Source of the DNA: Catajapyx aquilonaris
Taxonomy: Eukaryota
DNA length: 64,000 nucleotides
Assembly (NCBI GenBank): GCA_000934665.2
Contig: KZ538339.1
Location: forward strand, 1-64,000
Reading direction: 5' to 3'
The notes below the pieces were generated by a model. It did no database searches. It saw only the letters and a list, made by a program, of their open reading frames with translations, and had not been told where the DNA came from. The translations under genes were made by a program, and so were the position numbers. Positions within the stretch are counted from its first letter, which is position 1. Each line of letters starts with the position of its first letter. Of the stretch, positions 38,416-52,446 are shown piece by piece.

Positions 38416-41400
38416 TACACACTTGTTCCACTATGCAATGAAACATAAATTATTCGGTATAATTCTGCTACATTTTTAAAACATATAGATACATGCAAAA
38501 TTATTATATTTCTCAGCTTACTATATGTTCAAAGACAATTTATTTAGTTCGTTTTACATCTCTTCCCATACATAAATGTGTGCTGGAGGGAAAGAACTTT
38601 GTTAACGAAAAATGTTGTCAATTAAGATGCTGTCGTTTAACACACTGCTTAGGCAGTCTAACTAGTCGCATAACTTTCTGACGACACTCACATTCCCCCT
38701 AAGTCGTGCCTAATCCTTGAGAATCACCTTTTGAAATATACAACCCTCTTGCGATCAGATACCCGCAACGTTGACATTACCTCCAAACAAATTGCCCGTC
38801 GCCAACCACGGTTAACACGCACGAAAATCTTGTCACTACCCATTACTTCTCCACAAGCTCGCAGCCTTCAATTTGCAAAGCGATTTATAATCCCCCGCAT
38901 CGCCGTAATTAAAACCAGAAAAAAAGTAACATGGAGAAGGATAGCCCACGAAGGGGGGATCCTAGGGACCACCCCCCAAACGGCTATGGGACTTTGGCAG
39001 CGTTTGTCACAATTATGAGCCCCGGAAGGCAATTCTCCGGAGGAATCTCCCCGTAGGTTTATATTATTTATTCTGGTGGATGCAAGCAAGTTGGGCTCTC
39101 CCCAAAATTAGGAGCCATGGAAATTAGAGCCTTGCTCTGGGTGTGGTATGTACCGCGCAGCAGTAATTACAATGGCAAATATTAGCCGGAAATGAAACTG
39201 GACGTCCGGTCATCAAATTCGGTAACCGCCACTAATCATCCCGCTCAGATAAACAGAATCATCCCTAATTTCATTCCGGATCACGTGACAATGTGCACAA
39301 AAAAGGGGGGGTTGGAAAAACTGACGAATATTTACTGTCGATTGACGATCAACATTTGCATTCGGACACGTTTTCTTTCCGACACATTGGTTTGTTTTCT
39401 TGTTTGCATCAATACAATTGATTTTTTTTTTCAGGACAAAACTACATATATAGTGCAGATTTTTTTTTTCCTCTGGTGGTGCAGTAGCCACGTCCCTTTG
39501 ACCATATTTCGCGGCCACTAATCAAAGCCGAAATGAGGATACGGAGCCTGGTTAAAGCTTTTTGCGCCCTGGAGATAGCAGGTGACGTTTATGGCCATAA
39601 AAATGGAAGGCCCGTCCCTTTCAGGTGCTTCCCCTTGTGATCCGGACTTGATTGCGGCGGAAATAATGGCGACCCCGGAATTTTCTGCTTTGCCTGCCCC
39701 TGCCTGCTACTATAACCGAAAAAAAAACGAGGTGAGGGGGCTGAATCGTAGCAGAATTATAAAATACCTAGTGAAAAATTGTGTGCGTTGGGCTGGCATG
39801 GCCCTCCAAGAGTGTTCCAATTTGTGCTGGAAAATACGCCACCTGGGATACACTCCTGCTTAAATATTCACCACGTACATTTATGGCAGGTGTATTTTTT
39901 TACAAGTTTGTGCCAACATGTATGGTGCATGTCGCACACTAAATAATATATGTTGAAGAACATTTTGGCTACTTTTTAGTGACAGATAGACACACCTTGT
40001 ATGAAACTTTGGCGCGTTGCAATCACAATAATGTTGTACGCCAGCCCAGACCTTACTGATATAATTAGTCGAGGCAACGTCGTTTTGAAAATTTGATCAA
40101 CGCGGCTCTAATTTCGACCCAGTATGACAGGTGGCTTTTCGTTTAACCTTGCTGGAAAAAAAAAACTATGCAGAGGCAGAAGCTCCGGAATGTCACAAGT
40201 GCAGCGTGAACTTTGAATCGACCAGTGTATTTTGACATACAATATGGACATTTTCATCCTCCCCTTTTTGTTTTGCGGTATCCGAAAAACACCCTCTGGT
40301 TGATGACAAATCTGTTCTCGTGGTTGGCATCGATCGCCTGTTTACAACCCATCACAAACCCAGGTTATTGTGGCCTCGCGCCAGTCAGGGGCTAATGCAT
40401 ATGGAAAAAAAGAGGGGGCGGGCGACTCACATTTTCCAGATATACGACCTGCTGAAATTGCATTACGACCTTTTCCTTGCCAATCACCATTATCCTGCTT
40501 TCGAAAAAAAAGTAAAAGGGTGGTCCTTGGGTAATTAAAAATATAGGCGGAACACACCTGCGTACTAAGCATAAGAAACGTTTCCCAAATGATGGTTTTA
40601 AGGCGGACTAGTGGGCACGTTTAGGTGTAGTCAAAATCACGATACCTTTACATAAGAGGGGAAGATTAATGTCGGGCAAGGAATTTTTGGTTGTTACGCA
40701 GGTGCCATAAAACCGGCGGTAGTTTTAACAAGAAAAGGAGGGGAGGGGGAAGGATGAATGATGAAGGTAATGGTCGCGGTTAATGAGCTTTTTTTTTCCT
40801 CCCTATTTTGAGTTCAGTTTACGACTGGGGCGCAAAGATGCTCACGAAAAACTTTCTGCGTTTTACTTTATCTGGCGGTGCATCATGTTAAGGAAGAAAA
40901 AAAAGAAAGTACATGAGACTAAAGTGTGAGCATTCATTTCAAAGGAACACACAAGGTGACAGCAGAAGAATGCAAAATTCTGGGGGCTCGGATTAGTAAT
41001 GAGCGGGTTGCAACAAGAACTTGATTAAATTTCATTGCACAAGCTGCGCGACAACAGTTGTCGCCAAAGTTTTAGCCGCTGAAAGATTAGTCTCGCCCGT
41101 TTAAGCCAGGTCGCTATTGAAGTTTTTGTTTTACGACGTCTCTTAGTAGTGACACGAGCAAGTTAGAGATCTGCAGGCACAGTATTTTGAGAGGAGGAGG
41201 TGGGGGGGGGGGGGATTCTTCAGGCTAACAGCCGACCCCCCCGTCTTTTCATTGTGGAAGCCTGATACTTTGGGCCCGGTTTTAACGTCATTGTTTGCCA
41301 GAGGAAAATAATTGTGCGGTGCTATACTTCCACCAGTTCTGGAATTCCATTTAGGCTCCATAAGTGCAGGACCGTAATTTCTTCCTTATAAAACGTTCGT

Positions 41401-44400
41401 GCTCATAAAGGATTTTAAAAAGAGAAGAGCCCCCCACCCCCACTTACCACCCACCCCGTAAAAGTCAAAAACAAATTTCTAGTCTGAGCTGCAGTCGTTT
41501 CCTGGACATAAATCCTTTCATCGTCATTTTGCCACCCTCGAGCCTAATCTTTTAGGATCGTTAGAGAACATTTTCTGAGCAGAAATTATTGCAAATGTTC
41601 TTTTCGCGAATATTGTTGTCACCACTGGGCTACTTCCCAGTCTCTCACCCTCTGTGGAGGCTTCATCCAAACCTCTCATGTCGAAAAAAAAGAAGAAGAA
41701 AAGAACATAAACCTCTGAAATAGGAGTTTCGTGCAGCATTTTGAGACCCTGTGGGGCGGAGTCCGGCGCCTCTCAACACAAATGAAAAGAAGCTTAGGAT
41801 ATTTATTTTTTTTGAAAGGATCTGAAGATGGTCGCTAGAAAGGTGAGCCAGGTTTTTGTGAAGGTTTTTTGATGCAATATGAGCTCGAATTGGAATGCGC
41901 AGGTGCTTACTTCCCTCTTTTAAAAATAAGTCCCAAGGACCAGTCCTTTTTCTCTTGGAGCTTATCGTCTTAACATTGGGCAGACCGTTAATTGCTCCAT
42001 CGATTTGCCCGCAATTAGACGGCAATCAAGCCTTTGAGAAGCTTGAAAAGGAAGCTAGTTAGGCAGCCTCCACATGACCCCTCTTTGTCGTAGTTTTACT
42101 ACATGATGCAATAAGCTTGGGCAGTGTAGAACAAGGCTTATGCAAACGTTGGGAAGAGTAATGAATTTATGAAATATTTTTTTTACCTTCCTTCCAAGAC
42201 GGTCGCCGTCAAAGGATGTCCAAGAAGTCTCCCTTTTTTGAGTCTAGCACATCAAAGCGCTCCGGTTTCTTCATGCAGGTAAACTTTGGGCGAAAAACAA
42301 AGTTTTGAACATCAAAGACTACGGAGCTGATTGGTTAAAAAGTGGAGACACACCATCCCCCCTCCCCTCCCGCTTGATCAACTTTGTGCACTTGCAAAAA
42401 AAACCCTTTAAAAATGGTTGTTTGTGCTGGGAAAGGACATGCATATATTCGCAAACTATTGGCAAACATTTTAATTGGCTTGAAGCATCCACACAAAAAA
42501 ACGGATCACACGACTATCATCTGTCCGCAGACCAATTGAATGGTAATAAAAAGAAGAGATGGCAGACGTCTTTGCCTAACATTTTGAGGGAGCAAACTCT
42601 ATCAAAGGGGATCTGGGTTTTATACTCCGCAGTGCAGGTGCCTTTGTTATGCGCTCCATTTTGCATTGATTAGAAGGTTCCATTCAGACAGTAACAAAAT
42701 AGAAGGGGGGCCTCTCTCTCTCTCTTTCTAGTCAAGTTTCCCTCCTTAGGCCTTCACTGCTACAAAAGCGTCACGGGAGTAATCAAACGGAAGAATGATA
42801 CGATCCTAAATATTCTCAGCCCATTGTTCACCTCAAGATTTTTTTTTCTGGGGAAGGTTGAAACGCACAAAGACGCAATATTGCCGATAAAAACAGGTCG
42901 TTCGCAATGTTCGTGGTAATGAAGCTTCTTACCGGTGCAAAAAAATGCGTGCTTTTTGGATGGTTAAAAAAAACAGGGTTTTGTAGATTAGTGTGTAAGT
43001 CTTGAAATTAAGGCTCCGGTTACCGCAGTTGTAACCTGGTGCTAATAAAGATAAAGGCAGCTGTAATGGTTGGGCTTGAAAGGACCGTCACCAAGCAACA
43101 TTAGTTGGTAGAGGGGGGGGGGATGTTTTTACTCGACTTTTTTTTTTGCCTAAATGACTGGCTTTTGTACTTGCAGAGAGACGGGTTAGGGAGGCATAAA
43201 AAGGGCCTACTTCGCTGCGTGGCTTATGTTTTAGTGCTGTCGAGACGTGGTCTTGAGAAGAGGCACGGTCGCAATGATGGATGGAACTTATACGGAGCCA
43301 TCATTTCTTTGCCAGGAAAAGAGCAAGCCGTCTTTTTTTTGTGTGTGAAAGTTTGCTGTCCCATGCAGCTTGCTAAAAAAAAACTTTAGTAAATCAATTT
43401 ATCTTGATGATGAGTGAGCTCAACGACACCTCTCCATCTTCCCTACGTTTTTTGTGTTTAGAAACGATTTCTTATATGAAAATTGTGCAAAGTTTTTGAC
43501 CCAATTTAAGCCGCACTTTTTGCGAATATTTATCGGACAAAATATGATGTGAAGATGCCCCCGATTTCATCTAGACTTCGAGAGTATAAATAAAGAGCCG
43601 GTCTGAAAATTGGGGGGGAAAACGAGCGGTTTGTATAAGCCTGCAATTGACGGCCCACGAATGGTTGTTTTAAGCTTAAGCTCCCGGCCAGTAATTTCCT
43701 ACCTTCCATATACAGTATATCAGGAAGTAAGAAGCGTGTGGTCACGTGATAAATGCCTTCCGATCCCGGCTATTTCGTCTCTCACGTTCGACTCGATAGT
43801 TAACATTCTAACCTATATTCCCCATGCAACTTTCCACTACATCTAACCGGACCTTTTTCTAGTTAATTCGTTTTATCGCCTTGGAAATATTGTAGCGTTA
43901 TTTCATAGGGCTACGCATGGATGTCACCAATAATTACATATTATCTCATAATAATTTTAGAGGTAAATCAGACAAATGCAGCGCTGGTGGCAAGCAGGCA
44001 GGAAAACCTCACAAATAATGCATATTTCGTGTTACAGTTTTGCGAGGTTTTACGAGCAGAAAAAAAGCTCGCAAAACAGTGGTACGTAGGAATGCGCTTA
44101 CTGGATAATGACTTTCAGCTTACCCTCACCTCTTCGCCTTTTTTGAACCACTCTCATCCAGCAGCATTGCCTTCTGCGGCTTTACCGAGGGCCTGCAGTT
44201 AATAACACATTCCCCCCCTATTGAATTATACTCTTGGCGAGACCCCCACTTTACAAGCTTGGCTTAAAAGGTTGCGGTTGGAACCACAAGGAAGAGAAGA
44301 AAAAAAGTTACACCGAAAAAAAACCCTTGTAATGATGTTCTCTCACCTGCTGGGCGCCATCAGTCGTGATGTTGACATTAAGTTTAATCCGTGCAATTCA

Positions 44401-47400
44401 ATTGGACAAACAGTAGTGCACGAATCATTGCACAAGTTTAATTAATAACGTCATTAGTACCGTATACAATATATCCGTCGCATTATCCCAGGCTCTATGT
44501 TATACCTAGCAGCCGTGTTACATGGGGCTGTAACGATGGTCCTCTGGGGGGCGTCGCAATTTTCCGAAACTGCTGTTTATTGTATCAATGCGACTAATGT
44601 ACAACGTATAATGATCTCGGTTGCGGTATTGTCCGTAATGCGGGTTTAAAAGCTGGGTTATTGAGTTATTCATTTCCGGTCTTTTACACCTTGTGTCAAA
44701 ATATGAGCCGGATAATCGCGTTTCCATAACAGCATGGGGCTTATATATGCATAAGATCGAACGTACCGTAACACAGTTGGGCGTGTAACATTGTGATGAT
44801 TCCATGTGGTTACTGTACTAAAAGGCATTTTTAATGACGTGGCTTTTGGTTGTAACATCATGATCAAAAATATACTTATGCCTCCATATATGGCATGTAT
44901 CCTTGTGTATATTCTTCCATACGTTTATCCCAACATTGATTGGGAGCCTCCAGGCTATTATTTGCAATCCCATAGGACCGAGGGGGGGGAGACCGAAGCC
45001 ATAGCAGACTGCACCACTGGCGTTAATGATAAATTCGTGAGCCATAAAGTTGAAATGTGGCTGCTTTCAAGTCTCTCCCCCTCCCCATCCACACCCCCCC
45101 CCCACCCCTCTTTGCTTAGGCTGCCTATCTGCACGCAGGAGAATTGAGTCGCTTAACAAGACTCTGCGGATTGCATTAGCATACTATAGAAGCTTCCGGA
45201 GCTTGCCTACCCAACTCCGGGGGTTATTAGTATTGTTAATATTCAGCCTGCCATGATTGGATTTTTTTTTCTCTCTCGTCTTCTTCTTACTTCTTTCCTT
45301 GCTTGCTTGCTTTCTTACCCGACGCCATCGTTGAAGAAAGTTGGGGAGATTTTCCGTGAGAGGGGAAAATAGCACTTAGGGTCGTGGAGAATTGAACGGT
45401 TCAAAACCACACACATCCAGTGCTAGCACGATAGCTGTATTGAGACCAGATCGATACAAATTGGACTGGCCCCCCCTGGAATTAGTCACGAGCACTNCAC
45501 CCCAACCACCCATCAGAGCACACAAAAACAAGAGCCGGGGTCATGATTGTGACATCCTGAACTTGACACGCCGATCTGGATGCGCCCTGTGTGTACACAG
45601 TGTGCCACAGTAATTGAGGTGTCAGTTTCAGATTTTTTTTCCCCCCGCCCTAAAGTAACCGCTTATTTTAGCTACTAGCAATAGTCAGATCCTGAAGCAA
45701 AATAAGCTGAACACACATTTCCTGCTCCCACCAACTCCATTTATTTTTTGTAGTGTGTGTATCTGATCGATAGCACTTAGGTGAGCATGGGAAAGTAGAG
45801 GGCGATCACCTTGAGTCCTATTTCTGCATTTCAGGCTCTGTGTATATGTGCGCCCTGCGAATCTAGGCGGCTATGAAGCGCCATCGCACTCTACTATTGC
45901 TACTACTGCTCATCTACGCTCCTCTCATCATAGCTGGAGTACACTCGGCGAGAACTGGTGAGTACCATTAACTTTTTTTTTTAAATCTAATATTGAGCCT
46001 GAAGCTACTGATGAAATATCTCTTTGAGGTTTGTCTCTGTTACTGTACAGCTGCTTTAAAAATGCCTTTAAGTTGCTCTCTACAGTAACTTTTTGAAGCT
46101 TTAGGGCATTCAGCTGATTTTTCCCTCGTTTTGACATCTCGCAGCGGGCACTGTACATTGAGCTTTGAGCTGGGAGAAGAAGAAAAAATCCACTGTAGTT
46201 TAAAACTCGACTGTAACTCTTGATATTTCGCTTTCGCTCGAAATATTGGATTGTGGGAACACTGGTTCGCCATATAGGGAAAGGTACATATATATAAAAA
46301 AAAGTGAATCGATCCTGGTTGAATGCAGGTCAAGGTAGGATGAGACAGTTATTTGCTCTTTGCCTCTTTTTGTTTGTGCAGAGATTTTCGAAGGCAAACT
46401 TTGCTCTTCGTTTTCAAATTAATAGACTGTCCGTTCGGGAATTTATTAAGTGTCGCAACCTCTCTCTCACTCTCACTGTATAAACCAAAACTTTTCTCGG
46501 CTGCTAGGAATCCTTAATTCAACGGGGTTCGGCGTTGTCTCTAGTGTTCCTGCCACTCATCATTATTTATGCACTTTGGAAATTATGCGCGAAATTTCTG
46601 GTCCTAAATATCATGTCAGGCCGTTGATTAGTGTCAGGTTCATTGTAAGAGTTTTTGTTCCCAAAAGTCAGTAATGTAGTACTGCATAATTCACTTGTCC
46701 ATTTTATGACGTAAAAAATATGTTTAACTGTTTTATTTACACAAAAAACCGTACGCGGTACACTCTCCATACTTAAGGATGCTTATTAGGTTACAACCAT
46801 GATTGTAACGCGGTAATTTATTCATCTAGCACCGAGCAAAACAGTGTTTTTAATTATTCTAATTAGAAATGTCAGGGCGCATGGAAAGCTCTTATTTAAA
46901 ATTAGCATACCCCCCCAGTTCTCCCTCCGTTTATATAATATGACCTATTTAAAATTATCTCGTAATTAGATGCGTCAGCTAACTAGACATTTCCAATTAC
47001 GGCAGGAATGCTTTTCCCTGTGTCATTAGCAATTTCAAAGATGCCATCGTCGCCCCGGCAACGCACCATTACTTGTGAAGTTGGACAAACTGTCGATTTT
47101 TTTCAACTTTTTTGTTTTTGTTTGGATGCTGCCCGGATGTTATGTCGTTTCAGCTGATTGATAGCTCTCGCAACGAGGAAACCATTAGCTAGAACGTGGG
47201 CCGGTTTTTAGCTTTAGTCGCCGAATATTGCCGTACCGGTATGCTGATGTGTGGTTGACACCAGTGGAATGTTCAAATCATTGTGCGGAGCATCAGTCCC
47301 TCAAAAAGCAGTGAACCAACTACAACTCTTTGACACTGTTGTTTTCGAAATGGCTCGAATATTCTCGGCTGCTCTGTCAGTCCTGGTTGTCCATTAAAGT

Positions 47401-48410
47401 CTGCAAAAATATATTAAGAGCAAATTTCAGGACAGAGGATAAACACTAAATGTATACCTGAGCATTTTTGCACGCAATATATTCGTGTTCATAATACATG
47501 ACCTCCTGTATATATACGCGTAATAACTTCATTTTATGATCGACGTTTTGTTTTCACGCCATCAACCTGAATTGAATTCCGGTACTGCATTGCGCACAGA
47601 GTGCATTAAATGTATTGCACATGCTGCATGCAATATTTTCATGCCCTTTACTGTAACGAACCTTGGCAAACATAGGTGAACCCAGTTCTTTGTTGATGCA
47701 ATCGGCGTCTGCTGGTCGCAAGTTTCATGCCGGAGTCAATATGGCCACAGGAATGCAAACAATACATTATGTGCTTTGATACCGGATGTTCTTAAATAGT
47801 TATAGTGCGCTGTGCTGGCAATAATGCAAACCTTCACTGGTAGCTAAGGGCAAATTACAGCCATTTTAGTTGTAATGCCTATTTGTAGCTCGTCAGTGAA
47901 AGTTTTTTGTCACACAAGTGTCCTTCGCATCTTTCAGAAATTTGCTGAATAACGATTGTGCTGTTTTGTACCCTGACAACCGGCAAACGGAATATTAATT
48001 ACACCCAGAAGGAATTTCTAAACCTCAGTGCGCATGTAACCAAAAGCTCAAAGAACCATGGGTCCTCACAAAAGACCAGGAAGAAGAAAGAAAGAGAGAG
48101 AGAGAAATAGTGTTGAGAGAGAAATTGTCTGCAGGGATTTGGGAAGATGCGGGCAAGAGTCTGAAGCGAAAGAGGGAGAAATATAGGCGTTAAAAAAAGA
48201 GAGTAGTAGTAGGAGAGCCTGATAAAGACGGATCCATATTAAGGGCAAGGGAGCGACATTTCTTTGTGAGCGGTGAGAAAGTGTGAGGCCATAAAGTGAG
48301 CTTAGGTGATGTGGAGATGTGGAAGAAAAGCAGCCTGATGGGGGCACCCAGTAACAATGGGCCTGTGGAAAAAAAAGAGGATGGATTCAAGGGGGAGATA
48401 CAGATGGAGC

Positions 48411-48556
48411 CAGTGTTTCACATCTCTCTCACCTAGCTGGGGAAAACCCCCCCAGAATAGCAGTGATTTTCAAAAAATAGCAGCGATTTAGCAAATAGCA
48501 ATCACTGCTACTGGAAATAGCAGGGGCCGAAAGTAGCGGTGACTGATAGCCGTTAT
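48411..48556 (+). repeat. Degenerate MITE-like sequence with AATAGCAG subterminal repeats
   Basis: Starts CAGTGTTTC (hAT-like) and has repeated AATAGCA(G). Shares ATCACTGCTACT...AGTAGCGGTKACTGMTAG...GCCGTT with 62471-62516. Confidence 0.4.
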
Positions 48557-51500
48557 TTAACTTTTCAAGCGTATAATCCCTGCTCATTATGATTTCACTG
48601 TTTGACTCTATGGAGATTCGACTTCCGAATATCTTCCTCGTCTCTTTTTAAGGGGGGAGAACGGTGACAAAAGCCTTTCAAATTATTGCCGCCTATCGAT
48701 TACGGGTACTGGTGTTTGTTGCCCGGGAACGCTTCCCGGACTGGCAAAGTCATTCCGGATTCGCAGGGGTAGGGGAGGGATATAGGAGATCGTTATCGAG
48801 GTTTGATTATGCGGAGAAATTCCAGCGTCAGGGAGGATGCGGACCACATGTTGGCATCAATTTGGGGATTGGCGCTATGGAGACAGCAAAAATAGAAAAT
48901 AATAAAAAAAAAGTGCAGAAAATGTCACACCTCCCCTCAAGTTTTTTGGTGGTGGAAAACCTGGTGCGCAGTTGATGCCAATTAATATGTATGGCAGGGG
49001 GTTATTGCGAACGTCATTACCGGGAGGAATAATTTATAATGTGAAATATCACTCTCAGTGAGCGCTTATTAATTTACACCATATTGACTGAATGCGTGGT
49101 TTCGGAAAACAAAATAATTTTCATGTGCACACATTTGCATTGTGGCCGGAGCAAAAACCTGGAAAATAGTGCGCTGCATATGTAATTCACTGTAATTTAT
49201 TACGTGACTGCTGCTTCACTTCTGCATGTGAAAACCCGGACGTAATAACAGTCACGACAGTTTGACCTGGACTGGTGATCTAGCCGCCAACTATAGTGAT
49301 AAATGTGTTAAAAGAAATTTTGACAACCACGCCAGTATAACCGAGGGTTTTAAATTCTGCATAGCCTACAGAACAAGCTTTCTTCTGAAGCCAATTTTTC
49401 CCCCCTGTTGAATCAAGCAGGTGGTGTAATATTACAGCCCATCTGGTCCGGACATATCCGGATGTTCCGGCAGCCCAAGCAGTCTGCGGACCATTGCTTT
49501 CCATATAATTCCACCTGTGCAGAGCATCCGCTTGATCCACGTGAGGATCCCGGGTGTAGGATAGGTCTGCAGCGTGCACACGTCCAGATAGTAGTGTTAT
49601 AGCCTGGGATCTGCCAGCACAAAAGGGGATAGAGGGACATAGTGCTGGAAAGAGAGAGCAGGCGGCGCAACCCTCCCCAACTTTGTCCTAATTCCCTCAT
49701 CTTGGCGATCAATGGCACGAAACAAAGGGACATGGCTCCCGCACACAGCCGGAGCACTGCCGGGGACTTCCGGAACAAGAGGGGCCAGCTTTTCACAGCC
49801 TCAAATTGTGAAAAGAGAGATGAGAGCTGGAAGATCATCACCGAAAAAATTGTGAGAACCAAGCCCCCAATATGGCGGATGTTCAATTTTTTGGATTAAA
49901 AAATGGCTGTCATGTACCAGCAGGAGGGGGAAAAAAATCATGGAAGGGATCCTTTACTAATCAAGTGCGGCAGAAAGAGTGACCACAAAGTTTATAGGTT
50001 TACCTTGCCCCCCTACCTATATATGTGAAATGGCCCTTCCAATTAAACCGGGGGTCATAATTATCTCCAAAGCTCTATTTGGCTCAGGCAGTGTTGCACT
50101 GCCCCGTTTGTTAATCCTGTAAAAGGCTTGCTTCAGCATGTCGTCAGTAAATTGAAATGAAGGCACAATAAAGGGGCCTTCATTTTAACCGCACCGGGGG
50201 ATTACCTACCATCTTCTGTCTTGTCCTGAAAGAACTTGCCGGGGCTCTCATTTTACCCACCCAACCCATTTCAACCCTCCTACTTTTTTTATGTATTTGC
50301 TTGGAAGACTAGACTATACTTTAATTAGGCTTCATTTTGTGGGCCGCTATCACAGCCAATCTTGTGTGCTGTTAGGCTATGTCACGCGAGGGACTGTTGC
50401 AGAAAAAGTCTGAAAAAATCCGCCGGCTTTATCAGGACAGAGCCATGTAACCTCGTTCCTGAATTAGCGGACTTTTGTAACATTTTGTTTGAAAATTTGG
50501 AACAAAAAGCGGCCAAATTTGTTGCATATCGATTGTTATTTGAGTCTACATGCATCATGCTGAATCTGGTCAATCCTTATTACTTAGCCGGATTGCAATC
50601 TAAAAGGTGGTAAACATGGGGGGAGGGGCCAGCAAACGAGAGAGAGATTTGCATATTTGCAGGACCCAAAACCGCCCGTGACTGCAACACTAGTCCCGCA
50701 TCACTTATTTAGAACGTGCCTACGAATGAATTAGTAACGCGAGAGAGGAGTGTAATGCAGTGCGAATCCTGCCACCTGAAAATTTGCATTTGCGGAAAAA
50801 CGGATGAGGTTTCTCACCTAGAGGATGCCACTGCAATAGCCATATATTATTGGGGCCTATACCCAGCAGTAAATTAGCAATACGACAGGAGGACACTTTC
50901 TGCGACAGGTGCGATGCTCCAAAGCTGGTTTGAATCGACAGGCAAATTTTTGCATAATTGTTGAAATATGAAATGTTGGTTCCTTTTTTTGGTCCAATTA
51001 TTGCGAATATTTATTGAGATTTCGCCTCCTGCTATCAGTGCTATTAGTGATAATTTTGCTAACTTTGCAACGGCTGATGATAACAGTAGCTGTCGACTGG
51101 CTTAACTGTTAATTCCGGTCTGGTTTTGTGTTTGAGATCCTGAAGAACATTTTTATTGGAGAGGCGTTGAAGAGTGGTCTTGAAGGCGTCTGTGGTCACG
51201 TCTTCCGTGACCAAAACCAAGTCGTCAAACTGGAGGCCCCCCCCTCCTCTCTGGTTTTTTTTTGAAGGATTTTTTTTTTCCTTCAGGGGGTGATGTGTGA
51301 TGGGGGAATTGGAATGGAAGCCGAGGGGCGTGGCTGCATTGCTCTCCGAAAAGGAAACTGCGGAGAGAGGGGGAAGAAAAGAAAAGAGTGGGCGCCGCTG
51401 ATCAATGAGCCGTGGATGACGAATGCCGAATTTTCTGCCCCTACGAGTGATATCCGCCTCTTCAGCACGCTGCCAAAAAACGGGAAGGGACCGAGACCGA

Positions 51501-51964
51501 ACTGAAACGAGAAAAAAAAATCTTCCCCCTTCTACCCTCTATTCAGAAAAAAAAAATACGGAGAAGAAGGATAGGCACACTTCGCCATGACAATTCACAG
51601 CGTGCGACTTTTCCACTCTTATGCATCGAGTCCTTCGGGTACTTGTCGCAGTGGGAGTCCAATCGAAAAAATTTACTTTCAATTTTTTTTTCCCCTAGAA
51701 TTTTTCTGCTTCATTCAGGTGAACGCCCTTAACTGCCTCCCCCCTCTTCACCAGTTCTTCCCCCCAAAAAAATATCTGGCGTTATGAAGAATGGAGAGGT
51801 GAAGGAAGTGAACAGGGATGGGGAGAATTGATGGGTCATAAAGGAGATGGAAAGGCATGTCTGGATAAGGGAGAAAGGGCTAGTCCCGCCAGCATCGGGC
51901 CCAACAATAAAAGAGGCGTCAACGACTTGACAAAACCATAGTTAGGTTAATTTGCATGTACTTT

Positions 51965-52040
51965 GAGGACAGTCTGGCCTAACGGTTGGAGGTTGAAAGA
52001 ACCATTTGGGACGCACTGGGTTTAAATCCCGATTCAATCA
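51965..52040 (+). mobile_element. tRNA-derived SINE head or tRNA pseudogene
   Basis: A-box TGGCCTAACGG (51975-85) and B-box-like GGGTTTAAATCCC (52018-30) at tRNA-like spacing; no intact cloverleaf. Confidence 0.45.
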
Positions 52041-52368
52041 GCTATGCTATGACTATGGATAATTTCGTCGTAGATCTGACAAAAGGACGAATTCAACCTA
52101 TTTTTACAGGCGAATCAAAAAGAAACCTGCAATGGCGTGTTGATTATCTGTTTTAACTCTGACGCCACTTGATCCATGTGTTGGCCATTTTGTCAGAATG
52201 TGACCCAACACTTGATGGTGCTAGCAGAGTCCATAATCCGAGTTTAGCAAATATGTCAAATTTATCATATTAACGACGTTATATCAATGTTTTTCCCTAT
52301 ATGTAAATCGTAGGTGAATAATACGTTCTGTCGTGACAATCTGGCAACAGTGCACCCCCACCTTCAGA

Positions 52369-52446
52369 CCAATCACGTGCACTTGCGATTTGGGCGGGAG
52401 TGATTCCGATTGGTTGATTGAACCACACAGCGCTGCCACATATGGC
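52369..52446. promoter_or_regulatory. Promoter-like motif cluster
   Basis: CCAAT (52369), CACGTG (52374), GGGCGGG (52392), ATTGG (52409) and a CTCF-like CCATATGTGGCAGCGCTG on the minus strand, all within 80 bp. Confidence 0.35.

Noticed and set aside
50302..50369. miR-7-like TGGAAGACTAG and miR-2/13-like TATCACAGCCA
   Set aside because: Only 11-nt 5' matches, divergent 3' halves and no convincing precursor hairpin.
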